Assembly (NCBI GenBank): GCA_017524165.1
Contig: JAFWUH010000048.1
Coordinates: forward strand, 4,359-68,358
Direction: 5' to 3'
Source of the DNA: Clostridia bacterium
GTDB taxonomy: Bacteria > Bacillota > Clostridia > Oscillospirales > Acutalibacteraceae
DNA: 64,000 bases
The notes below the pieces were generated by a model that saw only the letters and a program-made list of their open reading frames with translations, did no database searches and had not been told where the DNA came from. The translations under genes were made by a program, and so were the position numbers. Positions 27,579-38,217 of the stretch are shown here, piece by piece. Position 1 is the first letter of the stretch. Every line of letters begins with the position of its first letter.

Positions 27579-29651
27579 TTATTTTGTTTGCAAAAAAACA
27601 AATTGATGACCGTATAAAACGCCATCCGAAAAACCGCCGGAAGCGTAAGCCTTTTTAAATGCTGTGTTGACTTCATATTCATACGGTGTATGGTTAATGA
27701 TCAACATTCCGTTTTCAAACGGTATGCGTTCAATATTGCGCTCCACACCGTCCGAAAGCTTTAAATCCTCTGTGAACCATTTTTCAACCGGTGTACGACG
27801 AATCATGGTCAAGGGATACTGTGCCTGTCTGCCATAAGCCACCGGCACCGGCTTTTGGGCGCGTTCGCAATAGCATCGACCGAAATCAATGCCGGAGACA
27901 TAGACCTGTCCTTTGCCGATTTTCTTGCATCCGAGTGCCGTCAAACCGTCGCTGCAGTAAGGTGCAAGGGTCTCTACGCCTTTAAAACTCATAAAGCGTT
28001 CCGAAAACTCGGTCACTTCTTCTTCAAAGATAAAGGAATCCGATTTATGCGGCACCGCGGTAATTCCAAAGATTTCATGTAACCCGCAGGTCGCGCCTGC
28101 CAAAACCGTTCCGCCGTTTTCGACATAGTGTTTCAATGCCGTTTCCAACGAAGCATCGGGCAGGTAAGCATAGAACGGATCACTCGGCAGGACGATCAGT
28201 TGATAGTCTGCCAGCGTCTGTTCGCTAATCTGTGAACGATCCAAAATATCCGGGTTGATACCCAGATCTGCCAACTGCTGATAATGACCTAAAAGGTCGT
28301 TACGGCTGGCACGGAACAAGGCGTCATCTATACGACGGTTATCCATTGTAAAAGAGGCGTAAGGAAACACGATTGCCGCCTTTTTATCGGCAATACGCTT
28401 GCCGGAAACCTGACGAACCTCAGCAAACCAATCCAGTGCCTTTTTCACCGATTGCTTCCGGTTTTTCTCCCACTTGCCGAAATTGCCGCCGTCATCCAAA
28501 CCGCTGTAACCGTAGAAAAACATATCGGTTGCACCGGCGCCGTAACAGGAGGCAATGGACTCTGCCGGCGTGACATAAGCGTAAATATCATTGTATAAAT
28601 AGCGACCGAGGAAAAGTCCCGCAACCGGATCTTTTCCGTTACAGGCACTGCGTAAAATCGAGTTCTCGCAGGATACGGCATAGCAGTTTGCTTCCCCGTA
28701 AGCGTCGGCGGGCAGGGTGTAAAAAGAGGGCGAATCCAAATATTTTGCCAAACGCCACAAATCCAAGCCGCGCTCGCTGATCTCCACCCAGTCGGTCATA
28801 TAATACTTCCATTGTGACAGGCAGTCATATAAAAAGATTCCGGGCAGTTCTTTTCGCACCTGATCGGTGAGTTTTGCATAGAATTCTTCCATATAATCCT
28901 GTCGGAAAAGCATATTGTCGCGGTGCATCAGCATCCGCGGCGTCGGTTGGGCGGCTTTGTAATCCTCCGCCGTCATGACCGGCCAAAGATCGGTCATAGA
29001 CAACGCTTCAAAGCTTTCCGCCGTCCATCCGTAGGTTTGATTCAGCGCCCCAATCGTTTGATAGCGACACTGTAACCAATCCAGATATACCGCTTTCCCA
29101 TCTTCGTCAAAGGATGGGAAAATAGCGGGACTGTGATAAAAATAACAGGGAATCTTTTCGTTGCCGTTTTCATCGACGGCCTTCGCCGCCGCTTCTTTCG
29201 CCAATTTACGGTAAAGATTTACCGTGTGATCGGTCATGGCACGAATCTGTTCCTCATCCCACATACGGTAGCCGCGAAACGGCTTGCCGTCGCGATCGGT
29301 CACCGGACGAATAAAGTCGGGCGCGCTGTCGCGAATGTGCGGATAGAGGTTATCCCCGTTATAAAACAAGGTCAAGAAGTTGATACCCATGCCGTTTTCA
29401 GCACATTTTTCCACCATAAAGCGTTGCATGGCAACATAATCCGATTCTGTCCCGTTTTGGAAAAAGTCTGTAAAATCTTCCCACAGTTTGGAATCCAGAA
29501 TAATGGAATTGAAGCCCATGTCCGCAATCTCTTTCATGCCTTCGCAAACCAACTCCCGGTTGGAATGATAAGGTTCAAAAAAGTTGCCGAACCAAAGGGA
29601 AAAATGAGGTCTTTGTTTTCCTTCGGAACATTTTTCTTGACTGAAAAGCAT
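27579..29651 (-). CDS. Cytoplasmic GH42-like (clan GH-A TIM-barrel plus amidotransferase-like trimerisation-type domain) putative glycosidase
   Basis: No signal peptide. MKEIADMGFNSIILDSKLWEDF and YLDWLQCRYQTIGALNQTYGW resemble the GH42 N-terminal barrel. The C-terminal segment AAIVFPYASF...YQLIVLPSDPF...ENGGTVLAG resembles the GH42 middle domain. Family call is tentative. Confidence 0.5.
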   Translation of the reverse strand: MLFSQEKCSEGKQRPHFSLWFGNFFEPYHSNRELVCEGMKEIADMGFNSIILDSKLWEDFTDFFQNGTESDYVAMQRFMVEKCAENGMGINFLTLFYNGDNLYPHIRDSAPDFIRPVTDRDGKPFRGYRMWDEEQIRAMTDHTVNLYRKLAKEAAAKAVDENGNEKIPCYFYHSPAIFPSFDEDGKAVYLDWLQCRYQTIGALNQTYGWTAESFEALSMTDLWPVMTAEDYKAAQPTPRMLMHRDNMLFRQDYMEEFYAKLTDQVRKELPGIFLYDCLSQWKYYMTDWVEISERGLDLWRLAKYLDSPSFYTLPADAYGEANCYAVSCENSILRSACNGKDPVAGLFLGRYLYNDIYAYVTPAESIASCYGAGATDMFFYGYSGLDDGGNFGKWEKNRKQSVKKALDWFAEVRQVSGKRIADKKAAIVFPYASFTMDNRRIDDALFRASRNDLLGHYQQLADLGINPDILDRSQISEQTLADYQLIVLPSDPFYAYLPDASLETALKHYVENGGTVLAGATCGLHEIFGITAVPHKSDSFIFEEEVTEFSERFMSFKGVETLAPYCSDGLTALGCKKIGKGQVYVSGIDFGRCYCERAQKPVPVAYGRQAQYPLTMIRRTPVEKWFTEDLKLSDGVERNIERIPFENGMLIINHTPYEYEVNTAFKKAYASGGFSDGVLYGHQFVFLQTK

Positions 29652-29661
29652 AAGTATTACC

Positions 29662-32223
29662 TCACTTCAACAGTAATGTCTTGATCTCTTTCGGAGAGAA
29701 TTGAAGCGTAACGGTTTGTGCGGTTACCGCCATCGGGGCACCGGTCGCTTCTTCCAGCAAATTCGCTTCGCAAACCGTCGTCAATCCCTGCGGCAGACGC
29801 AGGGAAACGGCGTTTTCGGTCTCGCGCAAATTGTAAAGACGCAAAACGAGCTGATCGCTGTGATCCGCTTTCTTAAAAGCGGTATTCCAAACACCGCTGC
29901 CGTCGATCGAGAACAAGCCGTTTTCAAATGATCCGTCACAGACCTCCGGATGGCGGATCTGATGCGTATACAGATCCCCCGAAGCAAACTGCAATGCCGA
30001 AATTTCAAATTGCTCAAACTCATCGGCGGCGCCGACATAAATCTCATACGCCGCGGTATTTACACCCTTGCATTGTGCGTCAGGCGTCGGGAAATCGCCC
30101 CAGTCGCCTAACTGATCCACACAACGAAGCAGATTCAGGCAAAGCGTATTACTGCCGTCACGCAACACCTCATATTCATACAGCGCGCGTGTGCCGATCA
30201 ACAGGGAATCAGTACTTCCCTGCAATCCGACAAAGCTCTGTGCTCTTTGTTCGTTGGTCGGCCATTTCCACGCCGGACGGGTTGCAATCGTACGGCGCAC
30301 CACATCAAACTGACCGTGTGCCAAAACATCGGATGTGTCGATTTGATTACGGAAAATTGCTCTCAAACGGTGACACTCACTGGCGTTATCCATTTGAACC
30401 GAAACCGCGATTTTACGGCTGAATTTTGTCAGCGTAACCTCAGTTTTAATGCCAAACGGCACCTTCTTGTCACTGTAACAATTTTGTTTACGGTCGAAAC
30501 TTTCAGGCAAAAGCAATTCCTGCGCAATGCCGAAAGTGACGAAATCTTTACCGACATGTTCCACCGTGATCTCGGCTTTTTTGCCCTCGGTGGTCACGGC
30601 TTCACCGCCGTTGCCTTTATAGAGATACTCATCCCCGATATCGGCGGTGTCTTCATAAATATTCAAGCCGTCATAGACCTTGCCGGTCTTTTTATCGGTG
30701 ACGGTCAGACTGCCGTCCTCTTTGATTTGCAATGCAATCCATTCATTTTCGGCACCCTGTGCGGTATGCGCCATCTTTTCAAGATCGGCTTTCGGTACGG
30801 TTGCATAGTAAACACGGTAACCGAACGCCGGAACATCTTGCGCCGCAAAGCGGAAGATATAACGGTTGACATACTGCACCACGCGGAACGCATCATCCGG
30901 TAAAGTATAGGTAAAGGTATGCGGGAACACCTGCGGATTTTCAGCAACTGTATTGCCGTTTTCATCCACCAGGACCAAAGATTCACAACCGTCTTCTTCC
31001 GGCACATCGACCACCGCCGTCACGATATCGGAGCGGCAATAAGCCGTTTGGTTAAAGACAGCCACAGGATAACCGTTATCGGTCTTTACCGACAACTTCT
31101 GCGCTACAACAGCCACCGATTCATCAATCATGGAGGTAGCACCCTCAATGACTTCGCCGAAACGAGTCATCATATCGCTGTGCACGATATCAACGCTGCA
31201 CCCGCAAATTGAGTCATGCGCATGGTTTTCCAACAGGTGTTTCCAACTGAATTTCAGATAATCGGACGGATAGTCCGCACCGAACAGATACGCTGTCGCG
31301 CCAAACGGTTCGGCGAGGCGTTCTAAGGTGTTCTGTGCCGTCCAATTCTTTTGTTTTAAATAGATTCGGGAACTTGCGGTCGAAATCAACAAACTGATTC
31401 CCGCGGTATTTTGACCGGTCATTTCTTCCGCAACCACCGGATATTGATCCTGATTCTTCTTAATCTCGTTGATATAATCGGTCAAATTACTGTGAATGAA
31501 GCACACATTGTCATCGGTCACCGCGTTTAATGCTTGCAACGCTTCGCCGAGATCCAACTGAACCGGCTGATGGTCACTGCCGTTCATGCCGAGGTAGCAT
31601 CCGCCGCTTTTAGAAGCGTTACGGAAGGCACCCAACATTTTATCGGCGCGCGCTTTTGCCTCTTGCTCGTTGCAGGGAAGCTCAGCGGCATTATTGTACC
31701 ACGGTGTGAAATGACCGCCAACCACCCGACTGCCGTCGGGTGACTGCCAAATGATTTCCGCTGTGTTTTCTACCCCTCGGCCGAAAACAACAGCATCGAT
31801 CCCGCACTTCTTGAAAATTTGCGGCATCTGCGAAATATTACCAAAGCTGTCAGGAAGGTAGCCGATTTTCTGGACTTCTACCCCAAAATCGGCTCCTGTT
31901 TGCATCCCTAACACCATATTGCGGACATTGGCTTCATCACTGGTCAGAAATTCATCCTGTAACACATACCACGGTCCCACTTTGATCCTGCCGGCGTCGA
32001 TCAACCTTTTCAAGCGTTCCCACATATAGGGCTTGATCTTCAGGTAATCTTCCAGCACAATCATCTGTCCGTCGAGGTGATAAAACTTGTATTCCGGATC
32101 CTGTTCCATTTTCTCAATCAACGCATCCATCAATTTGATCAAACGGAAACGATGTTTTTCAAAAGACATATACCACTCTCGATCCCAATGGGAGTGCGGT
32201 ACAACATGGATAATTTCTTTCAT
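29662..32223 (-). CDS. GH38 alpha-mannosidase (MngB/SpGH38-like), cytoplasmic
   Basis: N-terminal metal-site motif VVPHSHWDREWY, then GPWYVLQDEF and LPDSFG. 853 aa, no signal peptide. Confidence 0.85.
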   Translation of the reverse strand: MKEIIHVVPHSHWDREWYMSFEKHRFRLIKLMDALIEKMEQDPEYKFYHLDGQMIVLEDYLKIKPYMWERLKRLIDAGRIKVGPWYVLQDEFLTSDEANVRNMVLGMQTGADFGVEVQKIGYLPDSFGNISQMPQIFKKCGIDAVVFGRGVENTAEIIWQSPDGSRVVGGHFTPWYNNAAELPCNEQEAKARADKMLGAFRNASKSGGCYLGMNGSDHQPVQLDLGEALQALNAVTDDNVCFIHSNLTDYINEIKKNQDQYPVVAEEMTGQNTAGISLLISTASSRIYLKQKNWTAQNTLERLAEPFGATAYLFGADYPSDYLKFSWKHLLENHAHDSICGCSVDIVHSDMMTRFGEVIEGATSMIDESVAVVAQKLSVKTDNGYPVAVFNQTAYCRSDIVTAVVDVPEEDGCESLVLVDENGNTVAENPQVFPHTFTYTLPDDAFRVVQYVNRYIFRFAAQDVPAFGYRVYYATVPKADLEKMAHTAQGAENEWIALQIKEDGSLTVTDKKTGKVYDGLNIYEDTADIGDEYLYKGNGGEAVTTEGKKAEITVEHVGKDFVTFGIAQELLLPESFDRKQNCYSDKKVPFGIKTEVTLTKFSRKIAVSVQMDNASECHRLRAIFRNQIDTSDVLAHGQFDVVRRTIATRPAWKWPTNEQRAQSFVGLQGSTDSLLIGTRALYEYEVLRDGSNTLCLNLLRCVDQLGDWGDFPTPDAQCKGVNTAAYEIYVGAADEFEQFEISALQFASGDLYTHQIRHPEVCDGSFENGLFSIDGSGVWNTAFKKADHSDQLVLRLYNLRETENAVSLRLPQGLTTVCEANLLEEATGAPMAVTAQTVTLQFSPKEIKTLLLK

Positions 32224-32245
32224 ACAATTCCCAATCCTAACTTAT

Positions 32246-33670
32246 TTATCTTCTGGAGTTGATGACTTCGTCAATCAAGGTCTGTACGGCTTCCTTACCG
32301 GAATTGATAATGGTTGCCGCGTCAGCGTTCGGGTCACGGGCGATCGGCTTAAAGATCGCCGTAATGGTCTGTGCTTCAAAGCTCTTATCAATACGGCTGT
32401 ACATAAAGACCGGGTCATAGATCAAATTCGGTAAAATGTATTTGCCGAGAACCTCTGCCGATTCATCGTCGCGATAATAAAGCGCGGCAATTTCATCCTG
32501 CCATACATCCAATTCACTGTAGGAAGTAGCGGCAAGCGCTTCCAAAATCAAACCGGTTGCTTCCGGATTGTCGATCGAGCTCGGCACGCAGACGATCGGG
32601 GTGTTGTGGTCGATCGCACTGTAGTACTGTTTTACATCCGGGCCCATCGGAATCGGCACAAAGCCGAAGTCATCCTTCATTTCACGCAGCGCCTGACCGC
32701 GGGTAGTCAGGTTGATGTAGAAGGTGATCTGACCGTTGATAAACATATCGGTGCAGAGTGAGGAGTCACCGCCGCCATAGTAGTAAGCACCCGGAGCGGA
32801 GAACATGCTCTTTAATTTGGTTAAGGTCGGGATAACATTTTCATCGGTCATCGCATAACGGACAAAACCGTTGTCATCAATATCAAACATGTTCAAGCCG
32901 TTGGCAAGATAGAACGCGGTGATACCGCCGTCCAAACCACCGGTAATGGACCAGATATCGTTGTCATCAAAGGTAGCGTCGCTGTTGCTGTCTTTCATAG
33001 CGCCGTTGACCAATGTAGCAAAATGTTCCCAATCCCACTTGTTTTCTTCTAACAGTTTATAGGGGTCTTCCAAGCCGAGCTCGGAAATTAAACGCTTGTT
33101 GAAATACAGACCGAAACCGTGTGTTGACGGATTGGCAAATGCCGCTGAACCACCGAAACGCTCGCCGGTCGGCAGTGCCACGGTATCGTCATAAAGCTTC
33201 AGCCAATGATCTTGCTTGAAGTCGACATGCGGCAATGTAGCCATATCATAGAGATATTCGCCGACAGAAAGTTTGCCGTAGGTGAACAGCGTGACATCCA
33301 TGATGTCCGCAACTTTTTCGCCCGACATGATGATCGGATACATTTCATCATAGAAACTGGTCGGATCATAATACTCGTACGAAATGGTGCAGTTGAACTT
33401 TTTCTCGATAGCCTTGTTGCGCGCCAGGATGGCGTCGGAAAGCTCGGAAGCGCCGGCTTCCATGTTCGGACGGTCGTCACTGCTGTAGTAGCAAGCTTCC
33501 GCAATGACGAAATTATAGCCTTCCAGGTCTACATCGGGCATTTTGTTCAGGTATTCAAACCCGGATGCTTTTCCGCTTTTGCCACCTTTGCCGCCTTCGC
33601 CGCCGCAACCGCATAAAACCGTTGTCAGCAATACGGCGCAGATAAGTAAACTGATAATTCTTTTTTTCAT
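32246..33670 (-). CDS. ABC transporter extracellular solute-binding lipoprotein (CUT1 type)
   Basis: MKKRIISLLICAVLLTTVLCGCGG lipobox, AGGAGG SD, 474 aa, directly downstream of a permease pair. Confidence 0.8.
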   Translation of the reverse strand: MKKRIISLLICAVLLTTVLCGCGGEGGKGGKSGKASGFEYLNKMPDVDLEGYNFVIAEACYYSSDDRPNMEAGASELSDAILARNKAIEKKFNCTISYEYYDPTSFYDEMYPIIMSGEKVADIMDVTLFTYGKLSVGEYLYDMATLPHVDFKQDHWLKLYDDTVALPTGERFGGSAAFANPSTHGFGLYFNKRLISELGLEDPYKLLEENKWDWEHFATLVNGAMKDSNSDATFDDNDIWSITGGLDGGITAFYLANGLNMFDIDDNGFVRYAMTDENVIPTLTKLKSMFSAPGAYYYGGGDSSLCTDMFINGQITFYINLTTRGQALREMKDDFGFVPIPMGPDVKQYYSAIDHNTPIVCVPSSIDNPEATGLILEALAATSYSELDVWQDEIAALYYRDDESAEVLGKYILPNLIYDPVFMYSRIDKSFEAQTITAIFKPIARDPNADAATIINSGKEAVQTLIDEVINSRR

Positions 33671-33718
33671 GAGATAACCTCCTGTTTATTGATACTCTTT
33701 CCAGAGTAATTTCAACTG

Positions 33719-34660
33719 TTAACCGACGATACCGCTGCGTTCAATACCCTGAATCAGCTTGCGTTGGAAAATTAAGTAGAAGATGAAAATGGGCAGAATG
33801 ATCATGACGACCGCGGTATTCTGCATAACCGAGGACATCATAGTCCCGTTGGAAATCGACTCGGTCGCAATGGCGGTAACCTTGTTCAGGATCATCGGCA
33901 ACACCGTCATACTGCGGTTAAACAGTCCCGAGTAGAAGGTATCTGTCCATTGCCATGCAAACGAAAGCAAGAATACCGAAATCAACATAGATTTCGACAG
34001 CGGAATCATAATTTCAAAGAATGCACGAATGGGATTACATCCGTCCACCCAAGCCGCCTCGTTTAATTCCTGCGGTACACCCTTAAAGAACTGACGGAAA
34101 ACAAAGATGTATAAACCGTTTTTCAGTCCCAAAGCGGTCGCCGAAAGAATGGTCGAGGGCAAAATGGTCTCCACAAACTTCACTTTGCCAACGCCCAGCA
34201 GTCCCAGGATACCGAAAATATCAAAATAGCGGAACTTCATGTACATTGCAAGATAAAGCGTTTGCGGCGGAATAACGATGGTAAACACCGACATCAAAAA
34301 GAAGAAGTTTCTGCCGCGGAATTTAAACTTTGCAAAACCGTATCCGACCATACAGCAGGTAAAGGTCTGCAAGGTGGCGCACAGCGTCGAGATCAACAAA
34401 GAGTTGCCGAACGCCGGCAAATAACCGCCGTATTTAAAGACGCGTTTGACATTGTCCAGCGTCGGATTCAACGGAACCATCCATACGGTTGGATTCTGCA
34501 AATCAGACGGGCTCATAAACATAGCGGATATTTTTTGCAGGAAGGGCGAAATAATGACATAGCAAAGTCCCAACAACAGGATAAATCTGAAAATTGCCCA
34601 AACGATTTCGGATATGGCGGGCAGTTTTAACGCTCGTTGTTTTGGATTCTTTTTTTTCAA
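33719..34660 (-). CDS. Carbohydrate ABC transporter permease (MalG-like)
   Basis: EAA loop NEAAWVDGCNPIRAFFEIMIPLSKS, six hydrophobic segments. Start moved to TTG 34660 (AAGGGGG SD, 8-nt spacer), which removes a 47-nt overlap with the upstream gene. Confidence 0.85.
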   Translation of the reverse strand: MKKKNPKQRALKLPAISEIVWAIFRFILLLGLCYVIISPFLQKISAMFMSPSDLQNPTVWMVPLNPTLDNVKRVFKYGGYLPAFGNSLLISTLCATLQTFTCCMVGYGFAKFKFRGRNFFFLMSVFTIVIPPQTLYLAMYMKFRYFDIFGILGLLGVGKVKFVETILPSTILSATALGLKNGLYIFVFRQFFKGVPQELNEAAWVDGCNPIRAFFEIMIPLSKSMLISVFLLSFAWQWTDTFYSGLFNRSMTVLPMILNKVTAIATESISNGTMMSSVMQNTAVVMIILPIFIFYLIFQRKLIQGIERSGIVG

Positions 34661-34673
34661 ACTGCTCACCCCC

Positions 34674-35612
34674 TTAATCTCTTTCCTGATAGAAGGTAAA
34701 GCGATAGCAAATAAATGCAACCACCCCTAAAATCACCATAACCAAAGCAAGATAGAGCCATGCCATTGCCGAGGACGCACTGTAATTCATTTTACTGAAC
34801 GCCACATCGTCGATCAACGCCATGATTTGGTTATCCGAGCGTGTAAATCCGTCAATTACCGTGTAGATAATGTTGACTAAAATGATCGGGCTTAACAGCG
34901 GAACGGTGATCTTCCAGAAAGATTCCCAACCGTTGGCGCCCTCTACCCGGGCAGACTCGTAAACCGCGGGCGAAATGCCCTGCAAGCCGGAGAGGAACAG
35001 AATGATCTGTACGCCCGAATAGTTTACCACACTGTAAATGTTGTTGACTAAATTGACGATATAATCGACCGCTTCGGTCGGGATGTACATCTCTTGCAGC
35101 ATGATTTTGACATTGGAAATATCAAAGCCGCCTGCCGTTAATGTGGCGCCTGTTTCAATACCGGCGGCACTGCCCATGCTCTCCAAAACGGCGTTGGACA
35201 TATCGGCCTTCAAGACAATACCGGTCGCCATAACAACAGGCAGGAAGAAGATGGCACGGAACAGTCCGCGCGCCGGCATTTTTTGGTTTAAAATAACGGC
35301 AATAAACAGACTGAAAATAATAATCGCAGGGCTTTGTAACAACAGGTTGCCCACCAGAGAGACCGTGTCCCGCACGAAAGTAGCATGGGTGAAAAGCGCG
35401 TATTTGTAACTGGAAAGTCCGACAAAGCTCAACTCATATCCGCTGTTGCCAAGCTTAATATCATTCAAACTGAACCAGAATGAATTGGCAATGATCGAAA
35501 CATAAATCAGCAAGAAACCAATCACAAACGGAGCAATGAAAAACCAGCCGTACAACCCGTTTTTACGGGTTAATGCGCCTTCTTTTATTTTCTTTTTTGC
35601 ATCTTTTTTCAT
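34674..35612 (-). CDS. Carbohydrate ABC transporter permease (MalF-like)
   Basis: EAA loop YESARVEGANGWESFWKITVPLLSP, multi-TM. ATGA overlap with the upstream gene. Confidence 0.85.
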   Translation of the reverse strand: MKKDAKKKIKEGALTRKNGLYGWFFIAPFVIGFLLIYVSIIANSFWFSLNDIKLGNSGYELSFVGLSSYKYALFTHATFVRDTVSLVGNLLLQSPAIIIFSLFIAVILNQKMPARGLFRAIFFLPVVMATGIVLKADMSNAVLESMGSAAGIETGATLTAGGFDISNVKIMLQEMYIPTEAVDYIVNLVNNIYSVVNYSGVQIILFLSGLQGISPAVYESARVEGANGWESFWKITVPLLSPIILVNIIYTVIDGFTRSDNQIMALIDDVAFSKMNYSASSAMAWLYLALVMVILGVVAFICYRFTFYQERD

Positions 35613-38200
35613 TGCGCACTCCCCCGTTCTGCACGATAGTAACCGTTAGCCGGTACCGTTATTCCATCCGCTTCAATATCGGTTGCGTTATAATTGACAT
35701 AAACAGCCGTTGACGAAGCATAAACGGTTTTGAAAACGCCGTCTGCGACCTGACTGTGGTCAATGATCGGTTCCGCGGCAAGATCGCCGACCGCCTTTTG
35801 CACTTCCTGATAACATTCGACGATACGATCCTTCCATGTACCGTAATCGACCGAATACGCATTGGCAAAATCGGTAGATTTTAAGATCTCGGCATTTTCA
35901 TAAGCAAGTTCAAAGTAAAGTCCCGAACCATTTTCGATGGCTTTCAGCACCTCGGCGCGATAATTGCCCGAAAGATTCACTGCCTTGGTAGTATAATGAA
36001 CCTTTCCGTGCAAGACCATCGGTAAAAACGGAATCGCATAATCCGCGTCGGTGTAGCCGCTTGCGCTTAACGGTAGGTCGATAATTTGCGCAGCCGATTC
36101 ATAACAGTAACGGTTGCCGCCGTCTACCATCAAGCGGTACTCTTTCGACGCACTGCTCAAAACCTCTTGGGCATAGCGCTGTGCGATATCACGATTGACG
36201 CCGTTTTTCGCGTTTTTGTTACTGTTCAGATTGTTGCCCATGGTCGACAGGGACAATCCCTTGATACCGAGTTTCTGATAAGAAGTATCAAACTTCTTGA
36301 AGAATTGCAGCATCACTTCCGGGCGAAGCGCATATTTGAACGCCTTGCCGTTGACCAAGCCGGAACTGAAACGAATTTTCGTAAATCCGGCATAGGTTTT
36401 ATCCAGCATTCTGCCGGTATCTCCGGAAGCATTAAAGGCATCGAACATACCGTTACTACCGACATAAACCATATCGGCATCCATGTATAGTCCGATATTC
36501 TTTTCCTCCAATTGTTTGTTCAGCTTTTTCAGCGCTGATTTTCCGCCCAACGCCTTTTGAACCGAAGCGTCGGTATAGGCGCGTCCGGCAAGACCGTTCT
36601 TCGACCAGCCAATGTACCGCAAATCCAGCGCTTCAACGCCTTTTTCGGTCATTTCATCCGAGATAATACCGGCATCCTTAAAGGTGGTCAACGGAATCTG
36701 CCGTTTTACCGGCACAAACAGGATCTGATCCTGATAACGAACCGTGCCGTATAATCCCAACACCAACCGTAATGCCGCGTCATCCGTCTCTTTCAGGTTC
36801 AAGCTGTCACGGTAATATGCCGCCATTTGCGGATAACCCGCACCTGCATCCAAAAGCGCATACCGTATGCGGTAGGTTCCTTCGTAGCGGGATTTTTCAG
36901 AAAGTGTCCAGGAATATTTGGTATTGACATCCTTGTATTCAAAGCTGTCATAATCACTGTAGGCAAAGGATACGCCGACACGGGCATAACAGCTGGTGTT
37001 GCCGCCGGAGCTCACCACGATATCACCCATGGCTGCACCGTCTTCCACGATAGCAAACAAGCTGCCGGAAGGCGATACCATACCGAAAACAGGGATGGTC
37101 GCCGTCATTAATTTTTCGTAGCCGGCGTTATAGGATAATGCCCGGTCATAACCGTAAATCGGAATACGGACATCATTGCCGAGTTTGGTTCCCTGACTGT
37201 TGAAGCCAATCACAGCACCGCTGCCGTCGGGTACGACCGCATATCCGTCCTGCGTGCAGTCCGCCGCCGCAAAGTACTCCAATATACCGATTTCAAGTAA
37301 TTGGAAATGGCTGTCGTCATACTTGATTAAAGAGGTCGGAACGCTGACAGATAGCTCGCCGTTACTTAATTCGTATCGCACGCTGATTTCAAAGCGCGGA
37401 TTGACGCTTTCAGTTTCGGAAGCGCCGACCGTTTTTAAGTCGCGATCCATATCGTCAAAGGTATATCCGCCTTCGGCTAAATAGCCCTCCAACTCCGCCA
37501 TTTCGTTTTCGGTGACCTGCTTTAACACATAAATCGGCATTTCATCAATGACAGGGAATTTTTCCCGAATCAATTCAATTTGATTTTCAGGTGTTTTCTC
37601 GGCGTCATACAATTTGTAAAATGCCTTCATTCTGGTCTGTTGACGCTTGGAAAGTTGTTCGAGGACTTTATCAAAGCTATCCGTCGGCATGGCGGCAGGT
37701 AAAAGCGTACGCTGTTCCGCACGACCGATCACCATGTCGACCTGAACCCCGTTCTCCAGCCGTTTCAAGGTGTATTGACCTTTCGCAATACACTCGTTAA
37801 AGCTGAAGATCTCCGCAATATTTTGCTGTGCGTTCATATAGGTCAAGTGCAATTGAGAAGCAATTTTTACTTTTTGCGTCTCCACCGATTTGCTGTCTGC
37901 AGCCAGATTCCACGGTGTGGAGAAATACAAACCGCTGTCGGATTGCAAAGCAATATCGCAGGTAGCCGGGTCAAAATACAATCGGTTTTTGCCGTCAGCG
38001 GCGACTTCGGTCATCTGTGACAACCGTTGCTCAGCCGATTCATAAGCGGTAATGGACGATGCAAAACTGTCAACCTTCCACTCCTTGCCGTCGTTGTTCG
38101 CAAACGGTTCATAGGATATTTTGAGCTGTGCCGCTGACGAACAACCGCAAAGGAAAACCGCAATGAGAAGGAATGCAGTTATTATTCGAATTTTTTTCAT
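35609..38200 (-). CDS. 863-aa lipoprotein, DUF5696-like (uncharacterised, possibly glycosidase-like)
   Basis: Lipobox MKKIRIITAFLLIAVFLCGCSS and GGGGGAG SD. Segments VVPDGSGAVIGF and AIPFLPMVLHGKVHY recall the DUF5696 family. This is from memory, not verified. Confidence 0.55.
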   Translation of the reverse strand: MKKIRIITAFLLIAVFLCGCSSAAQLKISYEPFANNDGKEWKVDSFASSITAYESAEQRLSQMTEVAADGKNRLYFDPATCDIALQSDSGLYFSTPWNLAADSKSVETQKVKIASQLHLTYMNAQQNIAEIFSFNECIAKGQYTLKRLENGVQVDMVIGRAEQRTLLPAAMPTDSFDKVLEQLSKRQQTRMKAFYKLYDAEKTPENQIELIREKFPVIDEMPIYVLKQVTENEMAELEGYLAEGGYTFDDMDRDLKTVGASETESVNPRFEISVRYELSNGELSVSVPTSLIKYDDSHFQLLEIGILEYFAAADCTQDGYAVVPDGSGAVIGFNSQGTKLGNDVRIPIYGYDRALSYNAGYEKLMTATIPVFGMVSPSGSLFAIVEDGAAMGDIVVSSGGNTSCYARVGVSFAYSDYDSFEYKDVNTKYSWTLSEKSRYEGTYRIRYALLDAGAGYPQMAAYYRDSLNLKETDDAALRLVLGLYGTVRYQDQILFVPVKRQIPLTTFKDAGIISDEMTEKGVEALDLRYIGWSKNGLAGRAYTDASVQKALGGKSALKKLNKQLEEKNIGLYMDADMVYVGSNGMFDAFNASGDTGRMLDKTYAGFTKIRFSSGLVNGKAFKYALRPEVMLQFFKKFDTSYQKLGIKGLSLSTMGNNLNSNKNAKNGVNRDIAQRYAQEVLSSASKEYRLMVDGGNRYCYESAAQIIDLPLSASGYTDADYAIPFLPMVLHGKVHYTTKAVNLSGNYRAEVLKAIENGSGLYFELAYENAEILKSTDFANAYSVDYGTWKDRIVECYQEVQKAVGDLAAEPIIDHSQVADGVFKTVYASSTAVYVNYNATDIEADGITVPANGYYRAERGSAQ

Positions 38201-38217
38201 GTTGCACTCCCCCTACT

